From Mobula hypostoma (Eukaryota), in assembly GCF_963921235.1 (NCBI RefSeq), contig NC_086098.1:3348001-3412000 (forward strand): a stretch of 64,000 nt of DNA, in the 5' to 3' direction. Under the pieces are notes generated by a model. It saw nothing but the letters and a program-made list of their open reading frames with translations, did no database searches and had not been told where the DNA came from. A program made the position numbers and the translations under genes. This document shows, piece after piece, positions 1 through 13,129 of the stretch (the stretch's first letter is position 1; every line of letters begins with the position of its first letter).

Positions 1-1284
1 AATTCGCAGAGGAAAGGCACATGGTCACGGAGAACGTACAAACTCCTTACAGAGAGCAGTGAGAGTTGAACCCAGGTCGCTGGTGCTGTAATAGCGTTCT
101 GCCAACTGCTACCCTTGTGTTGTTAAGCACAAACTCTTCTTCTTAAACGTATCACCACTACTGGGGCACAAGCCACCAACAGCACCTCACCAGAGTCCTC
201 TGTGCTGGGCCAGTCTTTCATGGTGCAGTCTAGCAAAACATGTTCCTCTCCCAGAGATGAGGCTTCTGGAGCTTCTGTTAGTGTTTCTGTAGCTCTGGGT
301 TTTTACCAAGTGGGCTTGCTAGCCCCATCTCCAACCCTTTCCTTTTACAGTTCAATATTCTAATTACTTGTTCAATATTATCACAAAATTAATCCAATCA
401 TAGTTGTTAGCCAGGGCTTCTTCCACATACAGCAGTTGGCCAGTTTAACCACAGGCTATATTGCCACCACCTGTGCAGGGCTGAGCTGCCAGTAACTGAA
501 ATACAAAGATACTCAGTTCATGATGCTGCATCTTGATCAATGTTTTAGCTTCTGATGCTTTTCTGCTCCTGCCTGAGCTCACTGGGGTCAGCTTTCCCAG
601 GAATAAATGCTCCTTCCAGGCCTTGTATCGACAGCTTGTCGGCAGGCACTGTTTGTGGTCAAATACTTGTGAATACCTAACACATTCCAGCTGGAATCGT
701 CTTTACAGGGGCTGGTGGAGGTGGGGAAAGGTTAGAAAGTGGGAATAATATCCCTGTACAAAGTCAGCCAGTGAGCTGAGATCAGGCAGGGTGCCACGTC
801 CCCTGTGATGGCATCCAAACTGGAATCGTGTGCACCTGGGTCAGGCTGACGTGGGGGCTCCTCTCTGAGAGCTAAAAATAACAACAAACAGCATTTTCTA
901 TAAAAAGAGAATTCCACCATTTTTCTTAAGGAAAATTCACCCAGAAAATGACACTTATCCCTCTTGTTAATTTAGTGATATGAAAAGGGATACTATCATT
1001 TCTAAAAGCAGACCCTGTTTTCCAGTTGGCATGGCCTGTTATTACTTGTTGGTTCAGTGGAGTAGCAGCCAGGCTCAGTGTGTGTTATTTGTTTCTGTGC
1101 TGGCAGAGTGACTGCTGTTTGCAATTAGTTCAGTTCAAAATTACAAGGAACAGGTGTGAGTGAGTTTGCAGATCCTTTTTCAGAGCCATTAGCTCTGTTA
1201 GGAACACTCACTTCAGTTCAAATCATTACCATTTAGAGAATCGAGGGCCAAGGATCAACTTCCATCGCCATTTTTAGAAGTTTA

Positions 1285-1558
1285 TTTAGAGATAACAGAG
1301 CAGAACAGACTCTTCCAGCCTTTCAAACCACACTACCCAGTAACCCAGATATTTAACCCTAGCCGAGTCACGGAACCGTTTACAATGACCATTAACCATC
1401 AGCCGGTACGTCTTTGGTCTGTGGGAGGAGACTGAAGCAGCTGGAGGAAACTTACACGGTCACGGGGAGAACATAAACTTTCTTACAGAGGATGCTGCAA
1501 TTGAACTCCAACGCACCGAGCTGTAATAGCGTTGTGCCAACCGCTACATTACTGTGGC
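1285..1558 (-). mobile_element. HE1/V-type SINE
   Basis: V-domain reverse complement TGTGGGAGGAGACTGAAGCAGCTGGAGGAAAC..CACGGGGAGAAC; a truncated copy also lies at 1-110. Confidence 0.75.
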
Positions 1559-1677
1559 ACACAATACGTGCACACTAATTAGAAATTTTCTGTGGTGTGC
1601 TGCTCAGTGCACAACATGCAACAACATAAAACAACGTTCAACAATTATAAACAATAAGGACATACGTAAATTAATAA

Positions 1678-2750
1678 GATTCAAGATTCAAAGGTTCAAA
1701 AAATTTTATTGTCCTTCTAACCGTACATCAGCTCTGCAGGGCAGAATGAGACAGCGTTTCTCAGGAGCAGTGCAATCATAACATAACAAACGCAACACTA
1801 AATAATAAACATAACAATAAATAGTAAAACACAACAGCCACATGTCAGTTAAAATCAGTTATAAATGTCCAAAGCAGAGTCAGGTGGAGCAGCTATTTAG
1901 CAGTCTGACTGCCTGTGGGAGGAAGCTGTTTAGTAGCCTTGTGGTTTTAGTTTTGATGCTCCTGTAACGTTTGCCTGATGTTCATGGAGAGGGTGTGAGG
2001 GGTCTTTAATGATGTACCGTGTCTTCAGGAGGCATCAACTCTGAAAGAGGTCCTGGACAGAAGGTAGGGAGACCCCAATAACCTTCTCTGCTCCCCTAAC
2101 CACCCTCTGCAAGGCTTTTTTGTCGACAGCACTTTAATCAGAGGTTAGAGTACGTATACATTTACATGTATTGGGAATTTACTGTGGTGTGTTGGTCAGG
2201 GAGTGACGCACAACAAAAAAGTAACATTCAACAATTACACAGAATAAAGAATTTTGTAAAATAAAGTTAGAAATACAGATATAGAACAAAATCTGTATAA
2301 ATTTATAAATAGCAGCACATATTTACAATGTAAACAGCATGATGAAGTGCTTACAGAGCCGTGCAGTGACAGGGTAATAAATAGAGGGGGTGGGGGGGGG
2401 GGCTAGCTAGAATGGTTGATCAGATTAGCTGCCTGGGGGAAGAAACTTTTAAGATGATGTGGTTTTTTTGTTTCAATAGTCCTACAGCGCTATCCAGAAG
2501 GGAGTATTTGAGAAAGACAGCTTGCTGGGTTGGTAGTGCCTACAATTATTTTCCTGCCCTTTTCTTTGTCCTGGACACACACAGGTCCTGGTAAACTGCA
2601 GCCAATGACCTTTTCTGCTGACCGGACAGTTCTCTGTGGTTTTCATAAACTGTGAGAGGATGCCGCACTAAACCAGACAGTCATGGCTGATGTGAGGATA
2701 CTCTCGATGATGGCAGTGTGGAATTGCACCAGGATGTTCTGCGGAAGATG
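1678..2750 (-). mobile_element. Two adjacent Rex1/Babar-type 3' fragments
   Basis: GACTGCCTG(T/G)GGGA(G/A)GAA 3' block in both; related copy at 27780-28230. Confidence 0.7.
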
Positions 2751-2974
2751 GAAATTTATCAACAACCTTTCCTGCTGGCCTAACTAGAGTAAATGTCTTC
2801 ACTAATTTTGCATAATTAGATAAAGGCAGGAGTGGAATTATATTTTAAAAGAAAGCTATGATGTATGTATTCAGGTCAGATTGTATCTGTGGAGCCAGAC
2901 CCTGAAGTCAATAGACATCTCTGCCATCGGTTGACTGCGATTGTTGGAAGTCAATTCTCAGGATTCAAACTCAG

Positions 2975-3550
2975 GATATAAATATAGGCTGAGGCTTTGT
3001 AATGCATTGGTCAGACCACAGCTGGAGTATTGTGAGCAGTCTTGGGCCCCATATCTAAGAAGGATGTGCTGTACTGAAGAGTGCCCAGAGCAGGTTTATG
3101 AGAATGATCCTGGGAATGAAAGGGTTAAAGTATAAGGAGTGTTGGATGGCTCTGGGCTGGAGTACAGAAGAGTGGGGTTGGGGGAGGGGGGGAGGGTTCT
3201 CACTGAAATCTATTGAATAGTGTAAGGCCTAGATAGAGTGTACTTATCCTATTAATAGGGGAGTTGAGGACCAGAGGGAACAGATTCTCTTTCGAACAGA
3301 CATGAGGAGGAATTTCTTTAGCTAGATAGTGGTGAATCTGTGGAATTCATTGCCACAGACAACCATGGAGGTTTTGGGGTAAATTCAAAGCGGAGTTTGA
3401 AAGGCTCTTGATTAGTGGGGACTTCAAAGATTATGGGGAGAAGACAGGAGAATGGGGTTGAGAGGGAAAATAAATCAGCCATGATGGAATGGCAGAGCAG
3501 ACCTGATATGCCAAATGACTAATTCTGCTCCAGTGTGTTATGCTGTTATG
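2975..3550 (+). mobile_element. CR1 3' fragment
   Basis: LCNALVRPQLEYCEQSWAPYLR; typical 3' UTR. Confidence 0.85.
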
Positions 3551-3570
3551 ACCTGTAGACTTTTTAAAGG

Positions 3571-4030
3571 CCATAAGACCATAAGACAAAGGAGCAGAAG
3601 TCGGTCATTCAGCCCAGCGAGTCTGCTCCGCCATTTTATCATGAGCTGATCCATTCTCCCATTTAGTCCCACTCCCCCGCCTTCTCACCATAACCTTTGA
3701 TGCCCTGGCTACTCAGATACCTATCAATCTCTGCCTTAAATACACCCATTGACTTGGCCTTCACTGCTGCCCGTGGCAACAAATTCCATAGATTCACCAC
3801 CCCCTGACTAAAAAATTTCTTTGCATTTCTGTTCTGAATGGGCGCCCTTCAATCCTTAAGTCATGCCCTCTCGTACTAAACTCCCCCATCATGGGAAACA
3901 ACTTTGCCACATCCACTCAGTCCATGCCTTTCAACATTCAAAATGTTTCTATGTGGTCTCCCCTCATTCTTCTAAACTCCAAGGAATACAGTCTAAGAGC
4001 AGACAAACGTTCCTCATATGTTAACCCTCT
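3571..4030 (-). mobile_element. CR1 3' fragment, tail-to-tail with the previous one
   Basis: (CCATAAGA)n tail, AAATTCCATAGATTCACCACC block. Confidence 0.85.
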
Positions 4031-4403
4031 CACTTACAACTTTACAACTCCTGTACTCCATATTATCTTTTTATTTCCCCATTTGCCTTCTTTAAGACAT
4101 TGGGTTGTTTGTCAGTCTTTGTTTCTACAAGGTTTTACTATCGTGTAGCTTTATTTTTGATTAAGTATCTTCAAGAAAATGAATTTTAGGGTTGAATATG
4201 GTTATTTATTTTGAACAGTGAAAAGCTTACCTTGCATATTGTTCATTCAGATGAAATCATTACACAGTGCAATGCGGTAGATCAATGCGGAGTGAAGTGT
4301 AACAGCCGCAGAGAAAGTGCAGGGCAAGTAAACAATAACGTGCAGGATCATAATGTGAAACCAAGAATCCATCTTACTATACAAGAGGTCTACTTATGAG
4401 TCT

Positions 4404-4655
4404 GGCGACACGGTAACACAGTGGTCAGCACAACACTTCACAATACAGGCGACCAGGGTTCAATTCCCACTGCTGTCTGTAAGCAGTTTGTATATCCTCC
4501 CCATCACCATGTGCATTTCCTCCCATATTCTGAAGACTGTAACGGTTCATAGGTTAATAGGCCATTGTAAAGTGTCCTGAGATTAGGCTGGAATGAAATG
4601 GTGGGTTGCTGGGTGCTGCAGGTAAAAGGCCCTGCTCCATGCTGTATATTAACAA
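4404..4655 (+). mobile_element. HE1/V-type SINE
   Basis: tRNA-like head with GGTTCAATTCC B box, V-domain remnant. Confidence 0.7.
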
Positions 4656-5934
4656 GTAAATGTCAGAGGGGTAGGAGCTGTACTTGGGCCTGGCAATCTG
4701 TGTCTTCAGGATTTTTGTAGCTTCTGTCCAATGGAAGAGGGGAAAAGAGAGAATGAATGGGGTGGGTTGGGACTTAGATTATTCTAGTTGCCTTACTGAG
4801 GCAGTGAGGCAAGAAGTAGAGAAAGAATTCATCGAGGGGAGGGTGGTCCTGTGATGAGCTGATGTGCTCGTCATTCTTTATGCATAGTTTTCATAAATTC
4901 CATTGCATTTTTCTATTTTTCCACTAAATGCCAGCAAGAAAATGAATCTCAGGGTATTATATGGTGACACATACTGTATGTACTGTACTTCAATAAAAAA
5001 GTTACTTTGAAACCATGACAGCTTTGAACCTTGGGGTGTATCCACAACTCTGTTGTTTCTTGCTGTCAAATACTGAGCAGTTATGCAACCAGACAGGATG
5101 CTTTCTATGGTATAAAACCATAAGATATAGGAGTAGAATAAGGTCATTCAGCCCATCGTCCATTTCATCATGGTTAATCCTCTTTTCCTCTCAGCCCTAA
5201 TCTCCTGCCTTCCCCCATATCAAAACTTGTGAACAATCAGTTCCTGGATTATTGGAGTTCTAGATGTGTGCTTGCAGAACCCTGACCTAGGGCTATAAAA
5301 CTGATTCCTGAAGGCAGGATTATGTTGGATGTTGAGTAGCTTCTTGTGACCAACACAGACACTCTGGATTCAATAGTCTTTGTCTGTGTCACGTATTTTC
5401 CATTTATTTTATGAAAGATTTATCACTGAAAGGTGTCCAGGGCTGAGATGAGGAAGGTAGGGAAGATTATTAAAAGCTTAGAAAACAGTGTACTGTACTT
5501 AGAAAAGGCTTAGAGTCAAGGAGATTATGCTAAACAGTAAAGAGACATGAATTCAAAGAAGCAACTTTACAACTGATATTGAGAAATCATTGCCTTAAGC
5601 AGTAGAAGAACATGGAGTACAAATGTAAATACAGGGTGAGGAATGAATATGAAGAACTTTGAGTATACAAAATTGTGCCAAATTAGTGTTGTCCTGAATG
5701 AACCAAGATCTCAAAGTTTTTTCCCCCAGACAGTTAACCTAATCAACCATTCTAGTTAGTCACGCACCACCCTTCACCACCCAATCACTGCACTGTAAAC
5801 ATTTAAGCCATTTTTATAATTGTTGAATGTTGTGTTTTGCTGCATTCACGCCAACCAGCCACAGAAAATTCCTTGAATATATGTTGACCATATACAAAGT
5901 AAATCGCATAATTACTATTGAATGTTACTCCTCC

Positions 5935-6420
5935 ACTTTCTTAATCTGGATTCTTCCCCATCCTTTCCAATCTTGGTGAAGGGTCTTGGCCCAAAACATC
6001 GACTGTTCATCCCCCTCTAGAGACACTGCCTGATCTACTGAGTTCCTCCAGCATTTTATGTGTGTTGCTCTTAGATTTCCAGCATCTGCGGAATCTCTTG
6101 TCTCTGATCAGCAGGAACAACTCATTGATCATTCGTCTTAAAGAGCTCCCCCGTTGACCTCTCCCCCAACTTGCTTGCATATGCCCATCAACCCAATCCT
6201 CATCTGATTCCACCTATCATGCCCCAGTCTCTGCTACACCCACTCGCCCTAACTTCCATATACAGATTACCTTCCCTCTACACTCTCAGTCCTGGTGGAG
6301 GGTCTCGACCTGAGACATCAACCATCCCTTTGCCTCCACAGAGGCTGCTCAACCTACTGAGTACTTCCACTAGTTTACATTTTTGCTCTGGATTCCAGCA
6401 TCTGCGGTTCCTTGTGTGTC
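5935..6420 (+). mobile_element. Two decayed Penelope pseudo-LTR ends (5935-6105, 6280-6420) with degenerate hammerhead motifs
   Basis: GGTGAAGGGTCTTGGCCCAAAACATCGACTG and AGTCCTGGTGGAGGGTCTCGACCTGAGACATC followed by ...TTCCAGCATCTGC tails. Confidence 0.7.
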
Positions 6421-6733
6421 GATAATGTTTTAGATTGTGTTAACACCAACTGAAGATTTCTGTTCGGTTTTATTCAGTTGGTAACCATGTACAACTCCAC
6501 CATGGATGACCCCAAGTCCGACTACGAAAGGAGGAGGGTTGAGAGTGGCGTTAGCAACCCCATCTCACAAAAATCCAGAGCCCCAGAAACACTGACAGAA
6601 GCTCCAAACACCTCATTTCTGAGAGAGGAAAGGTCTATGGATTTAGGCTAGACCTGGGGACAATGTGAAAGAGCCAGCTCAGCACAGAGGATTTTAGTAA
6701 GCTGCTGTTGGTGGACTATGCCCCATTAAGGGT

Positions 6734-6814
6734 AAACACAAAATAATCTGCAGATGCTGGGGTCTTTTCCACTGATGCTGCCCGACCTGCTGAATTCCTC
6801 CAGCGTGTTGTGAG
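6734..6814. mobile_element. 81-bp minimal Penelope-derived insertion
   Basis: TCTGCAGATGCTGG tail fused to opposite-orientation GATGCTGCCCGACCTGCTGAATTCCTCCAGC; 15-bp TSD TGCCCC(A/G)TTAAGGGT at 6719-6733 and 6815-6829. Confidence 0.8.
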
Positions 6815-7054
6815 TGCCCCGTTAAGGGTGATAGGCTTAAGAAGAAGAGCACGGCACATATTAAATTGAGGAGACAGCCTACAGGTTCTGTCTGAGGGAA
6901 AGGGAATTGGTAGTTGGGCAATACTTGTGATGTTGAAGCTGCACAAGATTCTAAAATAGGGAGCATGCACTCCGACAATTACTGTCACTTAATATCACTA
7001 CCCCACCATCTCTGAGGATTGTCACTTCAGCATGGTGGAGAGCCTTGACAGTTC

Positions 7055-7472
7055 CATAAGACCATACAATATAGGAACAGACTTGGCCCATTTGGCCCAG
7101 CAAGTCTGCTCCACCATTTCATCATGGCTGATTCATCTTCCTTTTCCACCCCAGTCTCCTGCCTTACCTCCCTTATCCCTTGATACCCTGACTAATCAAG
7201 ACTCAATCAACCACTGCCTTAAAAACATGACCTCCACAGCTGTCTGTGGCAAAAGAATTCCACAGATTCACCATTGTCTGGCTAAAGAAATTCCTCCTCA
7301 TTTCTATTCTAAAACGATGCCCCTCTATACTGAGGCTGTGTCCTCAGGTCTTAGACTCCTCCACCATAGGAAACATCCTCTCCACATCCACTCTATCAAG
7401 GCCTTTCACCATTCGATAGGTTTCAATGAGGTCACCCCTCATTCTTCTGAGTTCCAGTGAATACAGGCCCAG
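7055..7472 (-). mobile_element. CR1 3' fragment
   Basis: CCATAAGACCATA tail; GAATTCCACAGATTCACC block. Confidence 0.8.
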
Positions 7473-8235
7473 TTCCTGAGATCCTGAGAGCGATGCTATC
7501 TAGAGCTGACCTCCGGTTAAGGTCAAGGGGAAGGACCCATGCTTCTGGACTCTGACCCCGATCTGTCAAGGACTATGCGGTGACTGCCTGTGCATCAGGC
7601 TCTCCATGCGAAACAAAGCCACGTACAGACGTTCACTGTTAAGGGAATAATAGACAACCCCTCAGGAGAAGGTTGTGCTCGACTCGAGTGATCACATTAC
7701 TACTGTTACCCCACATCTCCATCGATTCATTTTCTTCAATAATTGACTCAATTACTATTTTAATTTCATCTGCATTAAATATTGATTCTACAGTTAACGT
7801 TTCATTAGTATATGTAAATGTGTTAATATCATTTCAAGTTTCTCTGAGTAATGTTTCTCATCTGTTCTTAAGTTACCATAAATATTTCAGGCGCTCTGGG
7901 TATCTCAAAGCTTTTGATGTTCTTTGTTGTGGCCATCACCCCCGCTGCAGATGCAAGATTTAGCTCATGTACAACGAAACAGACCGTGAATTACGTCATT
8001 TGTGCCAACAACCAACACACCCAAGGGTGTGCTGGGGGCAGCCTGCAAGTGTTGCCAGCTATTCTGGTGCCAACATAGCCTACCCACAATGCTGGGCAGA
8101 ACAGCACAGAACACAAGAAGCATCACAACAACACAACAAAACAAGCCCCATCACTCCCTCCCACCCAATCACACACATAGTCCATAATCTTCAGCTCAGC
8201 AAATCAAGACTCCCGCACCTTCCTCCAGCAACAGC

Positions 8236-8786
8236 GAGTGAGGGAGAGGGAGGGGGAGACAACTAGTCAAACACAGGCAGGAGGTGAGTGAGGGAGACGA
8301 CCAGTCAAACACAGGCAGGAGGCGAGTGAGGGAGAGAGGGAGAGGGAGACGACCAGTCAAACACAGGCAGGAGGCGAGTGAGGGAGAGAGGGAGAGGGAG
8401 ACGACTAGTCAAACACAGGCAGGAGGCGAGTGAGGGAGAGAGGGAGAGGGAGACGACTAGTCAAACACAGGCAGGAGGCGAGTGAGGGAGAGAGGGAGAG
8501 GGAGACGACCAGTCAAACACAGGCAGGAGGTTAGTGAGGGAGAGAGGGAGAAAACCAGTCAAACACAGGCAGGAGGCGAGTGAGGGAGAGAGGGAGAGGG
8601 AGAAGACCAGTCAAACACAGGCAGGAGGTTAGTGAGGAAGAGAGGGAGAGGGAGAAGACCAGTCAAACACAGGCAGGAGGTTAGTGAGGAAGAGAGGGAG
8701 AGGGAGAAGACCAGTCAAACACAGGCAGGAGGCGAGTGAGGGAGAGAGGGAGAGGAAGACAACCAGTCAAACACAGGCAGGAGGCG
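8236..8786. repeat. Purine-rich minisatellite, ~52-bp unit, ~11 copies
   Basis: Unit AGTCAAACACAGGCAGGAGGCGAGTGAGGGAGAGAGGGAGAGGGAGACGACC. Confidence 0.97.
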
Positions 8787-9389
8787 CTGAACACCCACTC
8801 GCCTTCTATCTGCTCTCGTCCTTGTAGATTTCAATTCTGCATCATGCTTTAATCAGTGAGTTGGTTGAGAATTGGAGCCGATCGTGGGTTCTTGCTCCAC
8901 CAGTAGGAAGACTTTGTTCTCAACCGGACCAATTTCCCTCACAGACAGCAAAAGTACCAGATCACCCAGTTGGGCAAAAAACACATTATCAAAATGTAAA
9001 TTACAGGCTCCAATCGCACACAGGTTAGAATTAGAGGTACATTTAAAAGGAGAAGTAGTAGTTTATACATAGAGTTGTGTGTATGTGTAACACTATATGT
9101 AGTGTTGCTGAGGGGTGATAGGGTGGGTTAATGAGTGGTGACGTTTTTGATATTGTTCTGCTTCAAACTGTTTCATACTTTAATAATAAACATTCTTCGT
9201 CTTTACTAACAACCACTAGATCAGCACAGTTTATGAATGGTTAAATGTGCTGCAATATGACGTGCTAGGTCCGAAGCTCACACCTCTATTTCTTCACACT
9301 CACTGCTTCAAAAACTTGGCGAAGAGAAGCCACATACGGAAACTAAATAAAACATGGTGTCACAGGAATATACAAGTTCCGAAAATGAG

Positions 9390-9670
9390 GGTGGCTTGGT
9401 GCTGTAGCAGTTATCGCAAGACTTTACAATGCCAGTGATCACTGGTCGAGGTTCAATTCCCCGGGGTTTGCATATTCACTGGGTGCTTCGCTTTCCTCCT
9501 ATATTCCAAAGGATGTACAGGCTGGGGTTAGTGAGTTGTGGGCATGCTACATTGGCACCAGAGGCATGGCAACACTTGCGGGCTGCCCCCAGCACATCCT
9601 CGCACTGTGTTGATAATTGATGGAAAAGACACATTTCACTGTAGGCTTCAATATACATGCAACAAATAAA
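9390..9670 (+). mobile_element. HE1/V-type SINE
   Basis: GGTTCAATTCC, GGGTGCTTCGCTTTCCTCC, GCGGGCTGCCCCCAGCACATCC. Confidence 0.7.
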
Positions 9671-9769
9671 ACTAATCTCTTTAACCTCATTAGGTTGCCA
9701 AAAGGCTTTCGAGTGGGTGCTCATAATAAACAACATTCTGGTAAGATGGCAGTGTGCACGGTCACAGCG

Positions 9770-10161
9770 CCCTGGGATGGAACTGGACTCTCTGACGGTG
9801 GTGTCTGAAAAGAGGGTGCTGTCCAAGTTGCATGCCATCTTGGTCAATGTCTTCCATCCACTACATAATGGACTGGTTGGGTACAGGAGTACATTCAGCC
9901 AGAGACTCATTCCACCGAGATGCAACACAGAGCGTCATAGGAAGTCATTCCTGCCTGTGGCCATCAAACTTTACAACTCCTCCCTTGGAGGGTCAGACAC
10001 CCTGAGCTGATAGGCTGGTCCTGGACTTATTTCATAATTTACTGGCACAATTTACATATTACTAGTTAACTATTTATGGTTCTATTACTATTTATTATTT
10101 ATGGTGCAAATGTAATGAAAACCAATTTCCCCCCGGGATCAATAAAGTATGACTATGACTA
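9770..10161 (+). mobile_element. Rex1/Babar-type 3' fragment
   Basis: HPLHN..PRCNTERHRKSFLPVAIKLYN; AATAAAGTATGACTATGACTA tail. Confidence 0.85.
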
Positions 10162-10590
10162 AGGGTCCAACCAGTGGTGTAATTGTCTGTCCTTTATTTC
10201 TTTTTTTACGATCACAAGACTGTGATGGATATTAAAAATATCAGGTATTGCAGTCTGAACCATCAGAGGGTTGCTAAATAGTGACGAGGCTGGACTCTTG
10301 TGTACCTTCTTATTGCCTGGACTCGTTGAGTACCACTGTTGTGTGGAGGCCGTGTGCAATTCAATTAACTCTGTAAATGATTCTCTTGGATGTTTCCTTT
10401 TGAACACAAGACCCTGTTGGACATTGGTAGTATAGAATACTGCAAGTCCGGTTGGCTGGGGAGCCATGCAGCGCAGAGCTGCGTTGCCTTGGCCCTCAGA
10501 GCCAAGGGGTCACCTGACGCAGCCGCCCAAGAGACGAGATGCTGGAGATGGTGTGGAAGAGGGCAGAGGTCGCTGTGGACATGCCAGAAT

Positions 10591-10720
10591 CAGCCCTGAT
10601 GAAGATTCTCAGCCTGAAATGTCGACTGTTATTTTTCTTCCCACAGATGTAGCCTGGCCTGCTGAGCGCCTCCAGCATTTGTGTGTGTGATAGCTTGGAT
10701 CTCCAGCTTCTGCAGATGCT
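10591..10720 (+). mobile_element. Penelope pseudo-LTR end with partly decayed hammerhead motif
   Basis: CAGCC-CTGATGA-agattctcagcct-GAAATGTC-GACTG at 10591-10628 followed by the family tail. Confidence 0.7.
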
Positions 10721-11297
10721 GGGTTAGGGGCTGACTCCCCAGTGTTCACTCAGTGAAAGACAAGCTGGATTGCGTTCCTCTACGGCTGCACTACCACATG
10801 AGGAACTGCTCCTTACAGGAGTGTGGCTCAAGAACACCATCCCGTCAATCTTCAAGTCATGTCACTCAGGGACGAGGGCTACATTACTTATGTCACGATG
10901 TTTTCTGCTCTCATTGCTATATGTGCTGTGCGCTGTGCGTAGCTGTACTGTGTTTGTACCCTGGCCCCTGAGGAACACTGTTTCATTTGGCTGAATTGAT
11001 GTGTATAGTTGAATGACAATTAAACTTGAACTTAATATCTCAAAGTGTTTGAAACATTGATGATCCATGATAAAAAAAAAGACCTGTTCTATGGAATGTT
11101 AATGGCCAAATGTCATTTGTTTTCTCCTTCTGTTCTCTATTTAGGATATTGAAAAGGATGGGCAACAATTACTGGACTTTACCTCAGTGGGTGATCATAG
11201 AGAAACATACAAATTGGGACTGAAGCAATAAGTACTGAGAGGCTGCTTGTCTGGCTCGAAAGTCAGAATTAGAATCAGGTTTATTTTCACTGACATA

Positions 11298-11863
11298 CAC
11301 TCACTGCCACGTAATTAGATACCTCCTGTACCTAATAAAGTGGCCACTGAATGTATGTTCATTGTCTGCTGCTGCTGTAGCCCATCCACTTCAAGGTTTA
11401 ACATATTGTATATTGAGGGATGCTATTCTGTGTATCACTGTTGTAACACGTGGTTATTTGAGTTACTGTCACCTTCCTATCAAGCTTCAACCAGTCTGGC
11501 CATTCTCCTCTGACCTCTTTCATTGGCAGTGTGCTTTTGCCCTCAGAACTGCCATTCACTGGATTTTTTTTTGTCCTTCACACCATTCTCTGTAAACTCT
11601 AGAGATTATTGTGTGTGAAAATCCCTGGAAATCAGCAGATTCTGAGATACTCAAACCACCCCGTCTGGCACCAACAATCATTCCATAATCAAAGTCATTT
11701 AGATCACATTTCTTCCCCATTTCTGATGTTTGGCCTGAACAACAACTGAACCTCTTGACTATGCCTGCATGGTTAAATGCATTCAGTTGCTCCCACATGA
11801 TTGGTTGATTAGACATTTACATTAATGAGCAGGAATGCAGGTGTACCTAATAAAGTAGCCATG
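11298..11863 (-). mobile_element. Non-autonomous Tc1-like DNA transposon (N-terminal DNA-binding part only)
   Basis: MGKKCDLNDFDYGMIVGARRGGLSISESADFQGFSHTIISRVYREW; TIR-like GTACCTAATAAAGT(G/A)GCCA. Confidence 0.85.
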
Positions 11864-12696
11864 AAATTTGAGGTTTTGTGAGATAGTAGAGTGCAATGTA
11901 TAAAGATTACTCCAGGTTACAATAATAAATATTAATTAGATAAATAAATAGTGTAAAAAGCAAGAAAATTAGTGAGATAGTATACCTTGATAGTTCATGG
12001 AGCCAAGATCAAAATAGGTTGTGCCAAACCAAAGAAAAGATGGTGGTTATCAGAAGCTTGGTCAAAGGAACGTATCTTAAAGAAAATCATGAAGAGCGAG
12101 ACGATAGTGGAGAAGATATTGGAAGCAGAAAAAAATGTGTTGCTTTGGGGAGCAGTACAGTGCAAGACATGAAAAATTACTACGGTACAAGTTACAAATG
12201 AATAAATAGTGCAAAAGAATGGTGGACCATTCAGAAACCTGATGGTGGAGAGGAATCGGGATTCAAAGAACGTTTCTCTTGAATCAAGGGCCAATGGTCA
12301 ACTTTATTCACTATATATATTTTCATGTATTGGGGATTTATTTTGGTGTGTTGGTCAGGGTGCAACGTGCAAAACAACATTCCACAAATATATAGAATAA
12401 AAATACATAAACATACATATATAAAAATAGTTAGAAGTCTGGATATGGAATAAAATGAACATCAATAAAAGCATGTATTTACAATGTAAACAACATTATA
12501 AAACTGGTTAAAGTGCAGTGCACTGACGGGAGGAATAGATTGAGGGGTGGGGCTGCTTCTCTAAAAGCTGTTCCTAAAATTGTGAGAACTGTTTTGCCAC
12601 AGAGAATTCTTTCTTGTTCATGAACCCTGTACGTGGTCATGCTGTTGAGAGAATGTGCATCGACACTCACTTCACTAAAGCCTCAATAACTATCTA

Positions 12697-12793
12697 TTTA
12701 GAGATACGGTACAGAACAGGCTCCTCTGACCCAATGAGCTGGGCCGCCAAGAAACCCACCGATTTAACCCGGGAGGAAACCAGAGCAACTGGA

Positions 12794-12850
<57 letters not shown>

Positions 12851-13115
12851 AAACCCACTCACACACACGAGAGGAAACACACACACACGAGAGGAAACAC
12901 GAAACGCGCACACACACACACGAGAAGAAAAGGAGATTGGGGCTGAGAGGGAACATGGATCAGCCATGGTGAAATGATAGAGCAGACTCGATGGGCCAAA
13001 TGATTTCCTTCTGTTCCAATATCTTACGGTCTTATGGACGTACAAACTTCCTTACAGAGGATGCCGAAATTGTACGTCCCAAGCTGTAACAGCATCATGC
13101 TAACCACTAAGCTTC
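12697..13115 (-). mobile_element. V-type SINE split by a (CA)n tract and a CR1 3' tail (12935-13035)
   Basis: Same blocks as 1285-1558. Confidence 0.65.
12796..12921. repeat. (CA)n microsatellite with degenerate extension inside a V-SINE
   Basis: Direct reading. Confidence 0.95.
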
Positions 13116-13129
13116 CATACTGTATGTCT

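Noticed and set aside
8236..8786. CRISPR-like array
   Set aside because: No unique spacers, eukaryotic context, no cas genes; it is a minisatellite
11145..11231. Plus-strand terminal exon candidate
   Set aside because: Acceptor-like tract but no recognisable peptide or upstream partner; wedged between repeats
12614..13045. His/Thr- and Cys/Val-rich ORFs
   Set aside because: Translations of (CA)n
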